Below, one piece after another: positions 38,760 to 47,632 of a stretch of 64,000 nucleotides of DNA. The translations under genes were made by a program, and so were the position numbers. The DNA lies in the NCBI GenBank assembly GCA_020832545.1, contig JAFIEK010000013.1, positions 10,973-74,972 on the forward strand. The letters run 5' to 3'. The notes beneath the pieces are model-generated. The model was not told the DNA's origin, ran no database searches, and saw only the letters and a program-made list of their open reading frames with translations. Each line of letters begins with the position of its first letter. Positions within the stretch are counted from its first letter, which is position 1. Source of the stretch: Pararhodobacter sp. (GTDB lineage Bacteria; Pseudomonadota; Alphaproteobacteria; Rhodobacterales; Rhodobacteraceae).

Positions 38760-39028
38760 CAGACGCGTTCCGAGCGGTCGCGATAGCCCGTGACCGTGGC
38801 ACCCTTGGCAATGCCTTTCAACGCATCGCGCTTTGGAACCGGCACCAGCAGCACCCCCGTTCCTTTCGGGATGAAGGCAAAGGAAAGCCCCGCTTCCCAG
38901 TTCTGCGCAGTCCTGATCGCTTTCGGGATTGAGATCTGGAATTTTGATGAAAGAGTAGCGGTTTCGGTCACTGTCTTACTTTCGTGGCATCGATCGGCGA
39001 AATGTAGGTTACTCAGGTCTTCCTTCAA
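38759..39028 (-). CDS. vapB: AbrB/MazE/SpoVT-type antitoxin (VapB)
   Basis: LSSKFQISIPKAIRTAQNWEAGLSFAFIPKGTGVLLVPVP is a SpoVT-AbrB swapped-hairpin motif. Its stop overlaps the vapC ATG (TGATG). The track start at 39028 is TTG. A GTG at 38971 would give a more typical 70-aa antitoxin. Confidence 0.75.
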   Translation of the reverse strand: MKEDLSNLHFADRCHESKTVTETATLSSKFQISIPKAIRTAQNWEAGLSFAFIPKGTGVLLVPVPKRDALKGIAKGATVTGYRDRSERV

Positions 39029-39172
39029 GACGCGTCTTTCTGGGCGAGGGCCATTCGGAGTTCATGGAAGAACTGATGATCAATTTCGAGGGACGGCGTC
39101 AAGAATAGGGCACAGGTCGCAGGACTGCGCCATCGGCCATCGGCAACATCTGGACACTTGGAAATCTGCAAC

Positions 39173-39288
39173 AGGGTTGCATGCCCCATACGTCAGGGTT
39201 GCATGTCGTAAGAAACTGGGTTGCATACAGCGAGATGAATGCAGTCATGCACTCTTGAACGTCGAAAATACCCTCGCAGGGTTGACAT
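39173..39288. repeat. iteron-like direct repeats (GGGTTGCAT x3 at 22-bp spacing plus one variant)
   Basis: GGGTTGCAT starts at 39174, 39196 and 39218. GGGTTGACAT at 39279 contains a TTGACA hexamer. The block lies in the non-coding stretch between vapB and the recombinase remnant. Confidence 0.7.
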
Positions 39289-39756
39289 CAGAATAAGTGA
39301 TGCTGCTGAATTTCCGTGCAAATGTGGTCATGATGTAATATCTGGTTGACAAAACGCCTCCCGCAGAAAACTTTCCTGCGCTGTCAACCACACCTCGGCC
39401 TTGAGCGAAGCGGCTCCTGGCCAAAAAACCACAGAGAACGCTAAAAGACCGCAGAGAACATTGTGGTGGAGGGTGAGCCGTGCGGCGACCGTATTTTGCG
39501 GCTCGCTCAGCGCGCCCCTGGCACGCTCCGAACGCTGAGTGCTGTCATCATTCATAGGTCGCCACGGAGCCAGCCAGCGCGCACCCCAGCCAGCCAGTGC
39601 GATGATCCGCGAGCAACCGCACTGGCAGCTGACCCTGACATCGCCACCGAACCGGTCTGGCTATTGCGAAAGCCTCGCAGCAGCGATCCGTGCTGGCAGT
39701 CGAGCAAGTGCTACGCCTGTTCCGATTGATCCGAGCCCTCTGAGAGTGTCGTGTGA

Positions 39757-39870
39757 ATGAAACGCGCCAGGGCGTCGTGTGTCGCCGTGATCAGGTTGGA
39801 TCGACTGTCGCGGAACATCGAGGATGCCGAGCGCATTCTGGCGACGATCACGGAGGGGGCTTCGCCAGTC
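39757..39870 (+). pseudogene. serine recombinase (resolvase/invertase) remnant
   Basis: VAVIRLDRLSRNIEDAERILATITEG matches the conserved vv..lDRlsRn..d...i block of serine recombinase catalytic domains. In-frame stops lie just upstream, and no catalytic-Ser region or DNA-binding domain follows. Confidence 0.45.
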
Positions 39871-40171
39871 TGTCACCCGGAACGACTCTGGAAAACCCTG
39901 CCTTCGGATAATCCTGCCCTGGGGAGTGAAGCAACGGAAGCCGGGCTCCGGTCGCAGCGGGACAACAGTTCAGTGGCAGGTCACCGCCATTGACAGGCTT
40001 GCCGCACGGGCGGAGCTACTCCAAGGCTTCAGTTTCCAAAAAAGCGAACTTTCTCGGTGTTCGCCATCGTATTCCCGTAGCCCAGTTCGATCAGAGCGCC
40101 AATAAAAGTGCCTTCTTTCCTAACCGTTTGTGAGGAATCACGAGGCGGTTCAGAAATGACCAACCAATTGA

Positions 40172-40189
40172 TCAAACCAAATGGTTTGA
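40172..40189. promoter_or_regulatory. candidate RutR-type (TetR) operator overlapping a TTGACA -35-like hexamer
   Basis: TCAAACCA-AA-TGGTTTGA has perfect 8-bp arms. The E. coli RutR box as I recall it is TTGACCAnnTGGTCAA. It lies 52 nt upstream of the first gene of the operon that encodes a RutR-like regulator. TTGACA is at 40186-40191. Confidence 0.55.
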
Positions 40190-40240
40190 CAAAAGCTGAT
40201 TCTCACATCAGTGTTTTCACCAGGGCGAGGGAGGACACTG

Positions 40241-42622
40241 ATGTTGGAGAATTTGCGGATCACCGAACTGGGTGCGATCGAGCGAAAGGCGCTCTGGCTG
40301 AGCGCATGGATGGTCCATAATGCCAACCACATCCGGCCGAAAAGCGACGGGCTGAAGATTGGCGGGCACACGGCCTCCTGCGCCTCGATCGTGTCGCTGA
40401 TGACGGTGCTTTATTGCGACATCCTGCGCCCCGAGGACCGTGTCGCCGTCAAGCCGCATGCCTCTCCGGTCTTTCATGCGCTGCAATATCTTGCAGGAAA
40501 CCAGACACGTGAGAAGCTTGAAGCGTTTCGCGGACTGGGCGGCGCGCAATCCTATCCGTCGCGCACCAAGGATACCGATGACGTTGACTTTTCCACCGGA
40601 TCGGTCGGGCTGGGGGTAGCGATCACCGCCTTTGCCTCGATGGTGCAGCAATATATCCATTCCAAGGGCTGGCATGACGCGCCCAAGGGGCGGATGGTGG
40701 CGCTTGTCGGCGATGCCGAACTTGACGAGGGCAATGTCTACGAATGCCTTCAGGAAGGCTGGAAGCATGGCCTGCGCGACTGTTGGTGGGTCATCGACTA
40801 TAACCGCCAGAGCCTTGACGGCATGGTGCGCGAGGGCCTTTCAGGGCGGATCGAGGCAATCTTCGGCGCCTTCGGCTGGGACGTGGTGCGGCTGAAATAC
40901 GGCGCATTGCAGCGTGCCGCCTTTGACGAGCCGGGCGGTGACCGGCTGCGCGACTGGATCGATGCCTGCCCCAACCCGCTTTACTCCGCGCTCACCTTTC
41001 AAGGCGGAGCGGCGTGGCGCAAACGCCTTCTGGAAGAGATCGGCGATCAGGGACCGGTGAGCCAGCTTATCGAGCGCCGCAGCGATGGCGAGCTGGCTGA
41101 ACTGATGGAAAACCTTGGCGGGCACTGTCTGGAAAGCCTGCGCGACGCCTTCAACGCCGCCGCCTCTAGCGACCGGCCCACGGCGTTCGTGGCCTATACG
41201 ATCAAGGGGCGTGGCACCCCGCTGGCAGGGCACAAGGACAATCATGGCGGGCTGATGACAACGGCGCAGATGGCCGATTTCCGCGCCGCCATGAATATCC
41301 GCGAGGGCCATGAATGGGACCGGGCAGAGGGGCTTGACCTGTCGGAAGCCGATGTTACCGGATTATTCAAAAGCGCACCGTTCTTCGCTGGCGGAACGCG
41401 CCGTTTGAGCGCGGCGAAAGTGCCGGTTCCCGCGCTTGAGCCGCCCTCGGACGCTGAGATCTCGACTCAGGCCGCCTTTGGCAAGATACTGGACGGGCTT
41501 GCAAAATCCGATGGGCTGCTGGCTGATCGGATCGTGACGACATCGCCTGACGTGACCGTTTCGACCAATCTTGGCGGCTGGGTCAACCGTCGCGGGCTTT
41601 TCGCGACCGAAGACCAGGACGACACGTTCCGCACCGAAAAGGTGCCGTCGGTGCAGAAATGGCACTTCTCGCCGCAGGGGCAGCATATCGAGCTTGGCAT
41701 CGCCGAGATGAACCTTTTTCTGCTGCTGGGCGCGGCCGGCCTGAGCCACGAACTTTTTGGCGAACGGCTTTTACCCATCGGCACGCTTTATGATCCGTTC
41801 ATCGCGCGCGGTCTCGATGCGCTGAATTACGCCTGCTACCAGGACGCGCGGTTCATGGTGGTCGGCACCCCCTCCGGCGTGTCGCTGGCGCCCGAGGGCG
41901 GCGCGCATCAGTCGGTCGGAACGCCGCTTATCGGCATGAGCCAAGATGGGCTGGCCAGCTTTGAGCCGGCTTTCGCCGATGAACTGGCCTGTGTCATGGA
42001 ATGGGCCTTTGACTACATGCAACGCGACGGCCAGCAGGCCGAAGGCGCGGACTGGCAGCGCGAGGCCGGGGGCGGATCGGTCTATCTGCGCTTGTCGACC
42101 CGCGCGCTTGAACAGCCGCGGCGGCCACTGGCGGCGATCCGCCAGGGCGTGATTGACGGCGCCTACTGGCTGCGCCCGCCGGGGCCGAACTGCGAGGTCG
42201 TGATCGCCTATCAGGGCGTCGTGGCCTCTGAGGCGATCGCTGCCGCAGCGAGTATTGCTGAAGGGCGGCGCGATGTAGGCGTTCTCGCCATCACTTCGGC
42301 AGACCGGCTCAACGCGGGGTGGCAAGCGGCGCAGACGGCGCGCATTCGCGGTCGCCCTGCCGAAAGCCATGTCGAGGCGCTTCTGGCTACCCTTCCGGCG
42401 CACTGCCTGATCGTGACCGTGATCGACGGCCACCCCGCCACGCTGTCATGGCTGGGCGGCGTGCACGGCCACCGGGTTGCGGCGCTGGGGGTCGAGCATT
42501 TCGGACAGACGGGCACCGTAAGCGACCTCTATCGCCATTTCGGGATCGACCGCGATTCAATCATCCGCGTCGTTGCAGGTCTTTCGCAAGGCCGTCCCCT
42601 CAAACTTTGCGGAGGTCTTTGA
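40241..42622 (+). CDS. thiamine-diphosphate-dependent enzyme resembling the homodimeric pyruvate dehydrogenase E1 (AceE)/transketolase family
   Basis: ORF 40211..42622. ATG 40241 is preceded by GGGAGG. Contains KIGGHTASCASIV, HASPVFHALQYLAG, the ThDP motif GDAELDEGN...VIDYNRQSLDG, then HKDNHGG. About 793 aa, shorter than AceE. Confidence 0.75.
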   Translation: MLENLRITELGAIERKALWLSAWMVHNANHIRPKSDGLKIGGHTASCASIVSLMTVLYCDILRPEDRVAVKPHASPVFHALQYLAGNQTREKLEAFRGLGGAQSYPSRTKDTDDVDFSTGSVGLGVAITAFASMVQQYIHSKGWHDAPKGRMVALVGDAELDEGNVYECLQEGWKHGLRDCWWVIDYNRQSLDGMVREGLSGRIEAIFGAFGWDVVRLKYGALQRAAFDEPGGDRLRDWIDACPNPLYSALTFQGGAAWRKRLLEEIGDQGPVSQLIERRSDGELAELMENLGGHCLESLRDAFNAAASSDRPTAFVAYTIKGRGTPLAGHKDNHGGLMTTAQMADFRAAMNIREGHEWDRAEGLDLSEADVTGLFKSAPFFAGGTRRLSAAKVPVPALEPPSDAEISTQAAFGKILDGLAKSDGLLADRIVTTSPDVTVSTNLGGWVNRRGLFATEDQDDTFRTEKVPSVQKWHFSPQGQHIELGIAEMNLFLLLGAAGLSHELFGERLLPIGTLYDPFIARGLDALNYACYQDARFMVVGTPSGVSLAPEGGAHQSVGTPLIGMSQDGLASFEPAFADELACVMEWAFDYMQRDGQQAEGADWQREAGGGSVYLRLSTRALEQPRRPLAAIRQGVIDGAYWLRPPGPNCEVVIAYQGVVASEAIAAAASIAEGRRDVGVLAITSADRLNAGWQAAQTARIRGRPAESHVEALLATLPAHCLIVTVIDGHPATLSWLGGVHGHRVAALGVEHFGQTGTVSDLYRHFGIDRDSIIRVVAGLSQGRPLKLCGGL

Positions 42623-43446
42623 TGACACACTTGCCCCACCGTTTCTGGGCCGATTACACGGCCCGCGACTTTGCCCGCCTTGAGCATGAAAACCTTGTGG
42701 CCGTGCTGCCGGTCGGCGCCATCGAACAGCACGGCCCGCATCTGCCGCTTTCGGTCGATCAGGCGATCCTTGACGGCATCATCGCCGCCACGCTCGATCA
42801 TCTGCCCGCCGAATGCCCGGCGCTTTTTCTGCCGACGCTGCCGGTGGGCAAGAGCAACGAGCACAGCCGGTTTCGCGGCACGCTTACATTCTCCAGCCAG
42901 ACCCTGATCGCCGTCTGGACCGAGATTGGCGATGCGGTCGCGGCGGCGGGAGTGCGCAAGTTTGTCATGCTGAATTCGCACGGGGGGCAGATGGCGGTGA
43001 TGGACATTGTGGCGCGCGATCTGCGCGTCAAGCATGACATGCTGACAGTCGCTGCCAACTGGTTCGCGATGGGCCTGCCCGAGGGGCTTTTGTCCGAGGA
43101 TGAGGCACGCCACGGCATCCATGCCGGTGACATGGAAACCTCGGTCATGCTGGCGTTGCAGCCGGAGCTTGTGCAGATGAAACATGCGCGCGATTTCCGG
43201 CCGCTGAATGCGCGGCTGGCACGCGACAACCGGCACCTTGGCCTTGGCCCGGCGGGCAAACTGGGCTGGCAGGCGCAGGACATGCACCCGGCCGGGGCCT
43301 GTGGCAATGCCGCCGCGGCCACCGCCGAGAAGGGGCGCGCTTTTGTCGATCATGCGGCGCGACAGGTTGCGGTGTTGCTGCAAGAGGTTGCCGCCACGCC
43401 GCTGTCGATCCTCGACAACCCTGCCAACCCGGAGGCGCAGCAATGA
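42622..43446 (+). CDS. creatininase-family amidohydrolase
   Basis: In-frame part of ORF 42319..43446. The ATG overlaps the upstream stop (TGATG). LPVGAIEQHGPHLPLSVD...LNSHGGQ...HAGDMETS match creatinine amidohydrolase/ArfB/MftE family metal ligands. Confidence 0.8.
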   Translation: MTHLPHRFWADYTARDFARLEHENLVAVLPVGAIEQHGPHLPLSVDQAILDGIIAATLDHLPAECPALFLPTLPVGKSNEHSRFRGTLTFSSQTLIAVWTEIGDAVAAAGVRKFVMLNSHGGQMAVMDIVARDLRVKHDMLTVAANWFAMGLPEGLLSEDEARHGIHAGDMETSVMLALQPELVQMKHARDFRPLNARLARDNRHLGLGPAGKLGWQAQDMHPAGACGNAAAATAEKGRAFVDHAARQVAVLLQEVAATPLSILDNPANPEAQQ

Positions 43447-44216
43447 CCCGGCCGCTGATCCGGATGGACCGTGTCCGCAAGGAATTCGGCAAGACCGTCC
43501 TTGCAGTCGAGGATATGACACTGACCATCAATGAGGGTGATTTCATTAGCCTTCTTGGCCCGTCGGGCTGTGGCAAGTCGACCGCGCTGCGGATGATCGC
43601 GGGGCTGTTACCGATCACGGCGGGAACAGTCACCATTACCCCTCCTGAGCAGAAGGGTGAGCAGGATCTGGGTTTTGTCTTTCAGGAACCCACGCTGATG
43701 CCCTGGGCGACGGTCTACAACAATGTCTGGTTGCCGCTGCGGCTGGCCGGAACAGACCGCGCGGAAGCCGATGAGAGGGTGCGCGCCGCTTTGGTCGAGG
43801 TGGGGCTTTCCAAGTTCGAGAAATCCTATCCGCGCGCGCTGTCGGGCGGCATGAAGATGCGCGTGTCGATCGCGCGCGCCATGGTGACGCGTCCGCGCAT
43901 CCTGCTGATGGACGAACCCTTTGCCGCGCTCGATGAAATGACGCGGATGAAGCTGAACAACGATGTTATGCGGCTGGCGGCAGAGCATCGGCTGACGGTG
44001 GTCTTTGTCACGCATTCGGTTTTTGAATCCGTCTATCTGTCCAACCGTATTGTCGTCATGGCCGCGCGACCCGGCCGTGTGGCCGCCGATCTGGAGGTCG
44101 CCGCACCCTGGCCGCGCGATGACAGCTTCCGCACATCGACGGATTATGTCGAGGAATGCCGCCGTGTGTCGGCCACGTTGAAAGGAACGCTCCATGACGA
44201 TGACATCGACCACTGA
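43443..44216 (+). CDS. ABC transporter ATP-binding protein (NitT/TauT nitrate-sulfonate-bicarbonate family)
   Basis: 257 aa. Walker A GPSGCGKST, signature LSGGMKMRVSIARAM, LLMDEPFAALD. ATGA overlap with the previous gene. Confidence 0.9.
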   Translation: MTRPLIRMDRVRKEFGKTVLAVEDMTLTINEGDFISLLGPSGCGKSTALRMIAGLLPITAGTVTITPPEQKGEQDLGFVFQEPTLMPWATVYNNVWLPLRLAGTDRAEADERVRAALVEVGLSKFEKSYPRALSGGMKMRVSIARAMVTRPRILLMDEPFAALDEMTRMKLNNDVMRLAAEHRLTVVFVTHSVFESVYLSNRIVVMAARPGRVAADLEVAAPWPRDDSFRTSTDYVEECRRVSATLKGTLHDDDIDH

Positions 44217-45054
44217 CACCGCGCAGGAAGCGCCCGCCCCGGTCAATACCGAACATCTGGCGGCGCAGCGGCGCCAGCGGCTGTTGGCATGGATCATGCC
44301 GGTGATCGCCATGACACTGGCCATCGGCGCGTGGGAATTCTGGGTCTGGTTCAATGAAATTCCGCATTACCTGATCCCGGCACCGAGCCGTATCTTTACC
44401 ACTCTGATGGTCGATGGCCCCTCTCTGATGCAATCGGCCTGGTTCACCATCCGGCTGACCTTTTTCTCGCTTCTTCTGGCCATTATCGGGGGCGTCTTTC
44501 TGGGCGCGCTCTTCGCCCTCTCACGCCCGATCGAGATGAGCCTTTTCCCCTTCGCGGTCATCTTGCAGGTGACCCCGGTTGTCGCCATCGCGCCTCTGAT
44601 CCTGATCTATGTGCACAGCACCTTTACCGCGCTGCTGATCTGCGCCTGGATCGTGGCTTTCTTTCCGATCCTGTCGAACACGGTGATCGGCCTGCGCTCG
44701 GCTGATCACAACCTGCGCGACCTTTTCACGCTTTACCGAGCGACCCCCTGGCAACGGCTGCGCTATCTGCTGGCACCGTCGGCGCTGCCCTATTTCATGG
44801 CGGCGCTCAAGGTGGCGGGTGGTCTGGCGTTGATCGGGGCGGTGGTGGCGGAATTTGTCGCCGGGGCGACGGGGGCCAATACCGGGCTGGCCTCGCGCAT
44901 CATCGAATCGAGCTTTCGCAACGAGATCCCGCGCATGTTCGCCGCACTGGTTCTGGTGTCGCTGCTGGGGGTGATCATCTTCCTGATGACCTCGCTTGCC
45001 TCGAAACTGGCGCTTGGGCACTGGCACGAAAGCGAGATCCGCCGTGAGCAGTGA
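44194..45054 (+). CDS. ABC transporter permease (NitT/TauT family)
   Basis: 286-aa six-TM ORF with an EAA-like loop (RSADHNLRDLFTLYRATPWQRLRYLLAPSALPY). Confidence 0.85.
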   Translation: MTMTSTTDTAQEAPAPVNTEHLAAQRRQRLLAWIMPVIAMTLAIGAWEFWVWFNEIPHYLIPAPSRIFTTLMVDGPSLMQSAWFTIRLTFFSLLLAIIGGVFLGALFALSRPIEMSLFPFAVILQVTPVVAIAPLILIYVHSTFTALLICAWIVAFFPILSNTVIGLRSADHNLRDLFTLYRATPWQRLRYLLAPSALPYFMAALKVAGGLALIGAVVAEFVAGATGANTGLASRIIESSFRNEIPRMFAALVLVSLLGVIIFLMTSLASKLALGHWHESEIRREQ

Positions 45055-46225
45055 ACCAGCAGAGCAAGCGCTGGCGCGCGTCCGTATCGGCGGGCGTACG
45101 CAGCGGTTGGAATGGCGCGCGGGCGTCATCACCGTGATCGAGCCGGTCGCCGGGCCCGCCGACTGGCTGGCGCTGCCGCTGCCGGTGGACCCGCATGTGC
45201 ATCTGGACAAGACGCATATCATCTCTCGCTGCGCACCGCAGGCAACAGGCCTTTTCGCCGCGATTGAGGCGCAGCATGCCGATATGGCGCGCTGGGACGG
45301 TGCCGATATCCGTCACCGCGCCGGGCTGGCGCTGGAGGAGGCGTGGCGCAACGGTTTCCGCGCCTTGCGCAGCCATGTTGACTGGACAACACCCGAGGCG
45401 CCGCTTGCCTGGTCGGTGCTGGGCGAGCTGGCAGTGGAATGGCGCGACCGGATCGTGATTCAGCGCGCCGCGCTGTGCCCGCTTGATCTGATCGGCGATC
45501 CTGACGCGGGGCCGGGGATTGCGAGCGCCGTGGCGCGCATGCCCGGCGCCGTTCTGGGGGCCTTCGTCTATCGCAATGAAGGTCTGGACGAGAAACTTGA
45601 CCGCGTCTTTGCGCTGGCAGACCACCACGACTTGACGCTTGATTTCCATGTCGACGAGGGGCTGGAGCCCGAGGCGCAGGGTTTCGATACCATCGTGTCG
45701 CTGGCGGCCCGCTACCGGATGGCGGGGCGCGTGCTTTGCGGGCATGCCTGCGCGCTGGCTGTGCGCCCCCATGATGCGGTGGCGCGCGTGCTGGAGCAGG
45801 CCGCCAAAGCCGGTGTCGGCCTGACGGTGCTGCCCACCACCAACGCCTGGCTGCAGGATGCCCAGCCGGGCCGCACGCCGCGTTTGCGCGGTCTGGCGCC
45901 ATTGCATGAGGCGCGCGCGGCCGGGATGGATGTGCTTCTGGGGGCCGATAATGTGGCCGACCCGTTCTTTCCCTATGGCAGCTATGACGCGCTCGACATC
46001 CACCGCCAGGCGGTGATCGCCGCGCATCTTGACCCGGCAGAATGGGTCGATGCCATCACGACGCTGCCCGCCCGCTGGCTGGGGCAGGAGCCGGGGCTGC
46101 CGGAAATCGGCGCGCGCGCCGATTTCATGCTGATCCGCGCCCCTGACTGGCCCGGCGTGCTGCAAAACCCTCGGGCCGAGCGCCGCGTCTTCCGCGCCGG
46201 TTCCGACATCTCAACATCGCTCTGA
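45044..46225 (+). CDS. CodA-like amidohydrolase (cytosine/aminopyrimidine/pterin deaminase-like)
   Basis: ORF 44996..46225. The GTG at 45044 overlaps the permease stop. Contains LPVDPHVHLDKTH (HxH), LDFHVDE and GADNVADPFFPYGSYDAL, the same block order as E. coli CodA (PHIHLD, VHCDE, DDVFDPWYPLG). Confidence 0.75.
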   Translation: MSSEPAEQALARVRIGGRTQRLEWRAGVITVIEPVAGPADWLALPLPVDPHVHLDKTHIISRCAPQATGLFAAIEAQHADMARWDGADIRHRAGLALEEAWRNGFRALRSHVDWTTPEAPLAWSVLGELAVEWRDRIVIQRAALCPLDLIGDPDAGPGIASAVARMPGAVLGAFVYRNEGLDEKLDRVFALADHHDLTLDFHVDEGLEPEAQGFDTIVSLAARYRMAGRVLCGHACALAVRPHDAVARVLEQAAKAGVGLTVLPTTNAWLQDAQPGRTPRLRGLAPLHEARAAGMDVLLGADNVADPFFPYGSYDALDIHRQAVIAAHLDPAEWVDAITTLPARWLGQEPGLPEIGARADFMLIRAPDWPGVLQNPRAERRVFRAGSDISTSL

Positions 46226-46238
46226 AGGAGGACCGACA

Positions 46239-47606
46239 ATGACCGTCCCCGCCGAAACCCTCGCCGCGTTCCGCACTGACATCGCTGAGATCCGTTGCTA
46301 TGACGACCCCAAGCAGGTGGCGCTACGCTCGCGCGATTACTTCTGGTATTCACCGATCCTCAATGAACAGCTTGACGGGCTGTCGGGGCAGCTTGTCGTG
46401 ATGCCCGAGAACGAAACCGAGGTGATGCAGATCGCCGCGGCCATCGCCCGGCACAACATCCCGCTGACGATCCGCGGTGGCGGGACGGGGAATTACGGGC
46501 AATGCGTGCCGCTTGAAGGGGGCGTAATCCTCGATATCACCCGGCTCAACCAGGTCATCGAGATCACCGAGGGGCGGGTGATCTGCGAAGCGGGCGCGCG
46601 TATCTCGCGCGTCGAGGATGCGGTGGCCGAGACCGGGCAGATGCTCAATATGTTCCCCTCGACCAAGCGCATCGCCACCATCGGCGGCTTTATCGCAGGG
46701 GGGTCTGGCGGTATCGGCAGCCTGCGCCACGGCATGCTGCGCGACAGTGGTAATGTCAGCTACATCCGCGTTGTGACCGTTGAGGCCACGCCACGGGTGA
46801 TCGAATTGCACGGCGATGACATCCAGAAAGTGCACCATGCCTATGGCACCAACGGCATCATTACCCGGCTCGATTACGCACTGAGCCCGGCCACCGAATG
46901 GCTGCACAGCATCGCGCTGTTCGACGGCTACGATACTGCGCTGAAATTCGCGCAGGAGGCGCAGGCGTCAGGGCTGGATTGCTTCCTTATGACCCCGGTC
47001 GAGCGGCGGTTCGCACCGTTCTACAAGCGCCTTGCGGATCACTTCCCCGCTGACCATGACGCGGTGTTTTCGATGGTCGCACCCTCAGCGGCCAGGGAAT
47101 TTGGCGATCTCGTTGCCACCTGGGGTGGCACGATCAGCCTGCAAAAGACGCTGCACGAGATTGATGCCGAAAACCTGCCCCCGGCCTGGGAGTGCGGCTG
47201 GAACCACACCACGCTGCAAGCGCTCAAGCATGAACCGGGCGTCTGGACCTATCTTCAGGTCGCCTATCCGCGCCCCTTCGACCCTGATCTGGTGATGCGC
47301 CAGATGGAACGCTATGGCGATGAGGTCTTCATGCATCACGAGATGGCGCGGATGCATGGCGAGGTGCAGATCTTCGCCCTGCCGCTGGTGCGCTGGAGCA
47401 GCCGCGACCGCATCTACGAGATCATCCATGAGATGGAAACGCTTGATGGCTGCACAATCTATGACCCGCATGTTGTCACCATCGAGGATGGCGGCATGAA
47501 GGAAATCGACACCGCCCAGATCGACTTCAAGAAACTGGCCGATCCAAAAGGCCTGATGAATCCGGGCAAGACCCGTGGATGGACCGCCGACATGGCGGCA
47601 GAATGA
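46239..47606 (+). CDS. FAD-binding (PCMH/FAD_binding_4 type) oxidoreductase
   Basis: 455 aa. IPLTIRGGGTGNYGQCVPLEGGVILDITRLN and GGFIAGGSGGIGS. Confidence 0.75.
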   Translation: MTVPAETLAAFRTDIAEIRCYDDPKQVALRSRDYFWYSPILNEQLDGLSGQLVVMPENETEVMQIAAAIARHNIPLTIRGGGTGNYGQCVPLEGGVILDITRLNQVIEITEGRVICEAGARISRVEDAVAETGQMLNMFPSTKRIATIGGFIAGGSGGIGSLRHGMLRDSGNVSYIRVVTVEATPRVIELHGDDIQKVHHAYGTNGIITRLDYALSPATEWLHSIALFDGYDTALKFAQEAQASGLDCFLMTPVERRFAPFYKRLADHFPADHDAVFSMVAPSAAREFGDLVATWGGTISLQKTLHEIDAENLPPAWECGWNHTTLQALKHEPGVWTYLQVAYPRPFDPDLVMRQMERYGDEVFMHHEMARMHGEVQIFALPLVRWSSRDRIYEIIHEMETLDGCTIYDPHVVTIEDGGMKEIDTAQIDFKKLADPKGLMNPGKTRGWTADMAAE

Positions 47607-47632
47607 AGACAAGCAGGAGAGGAAGGATCAGA

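Noticed and set aside
40108-40320. 70-aa plus-strand ORF spanning the operator and the start of the E1-like gene
   Set aside because: It is out of frame with the strongly supported E1-like CDS and covers the promoter/operator region.
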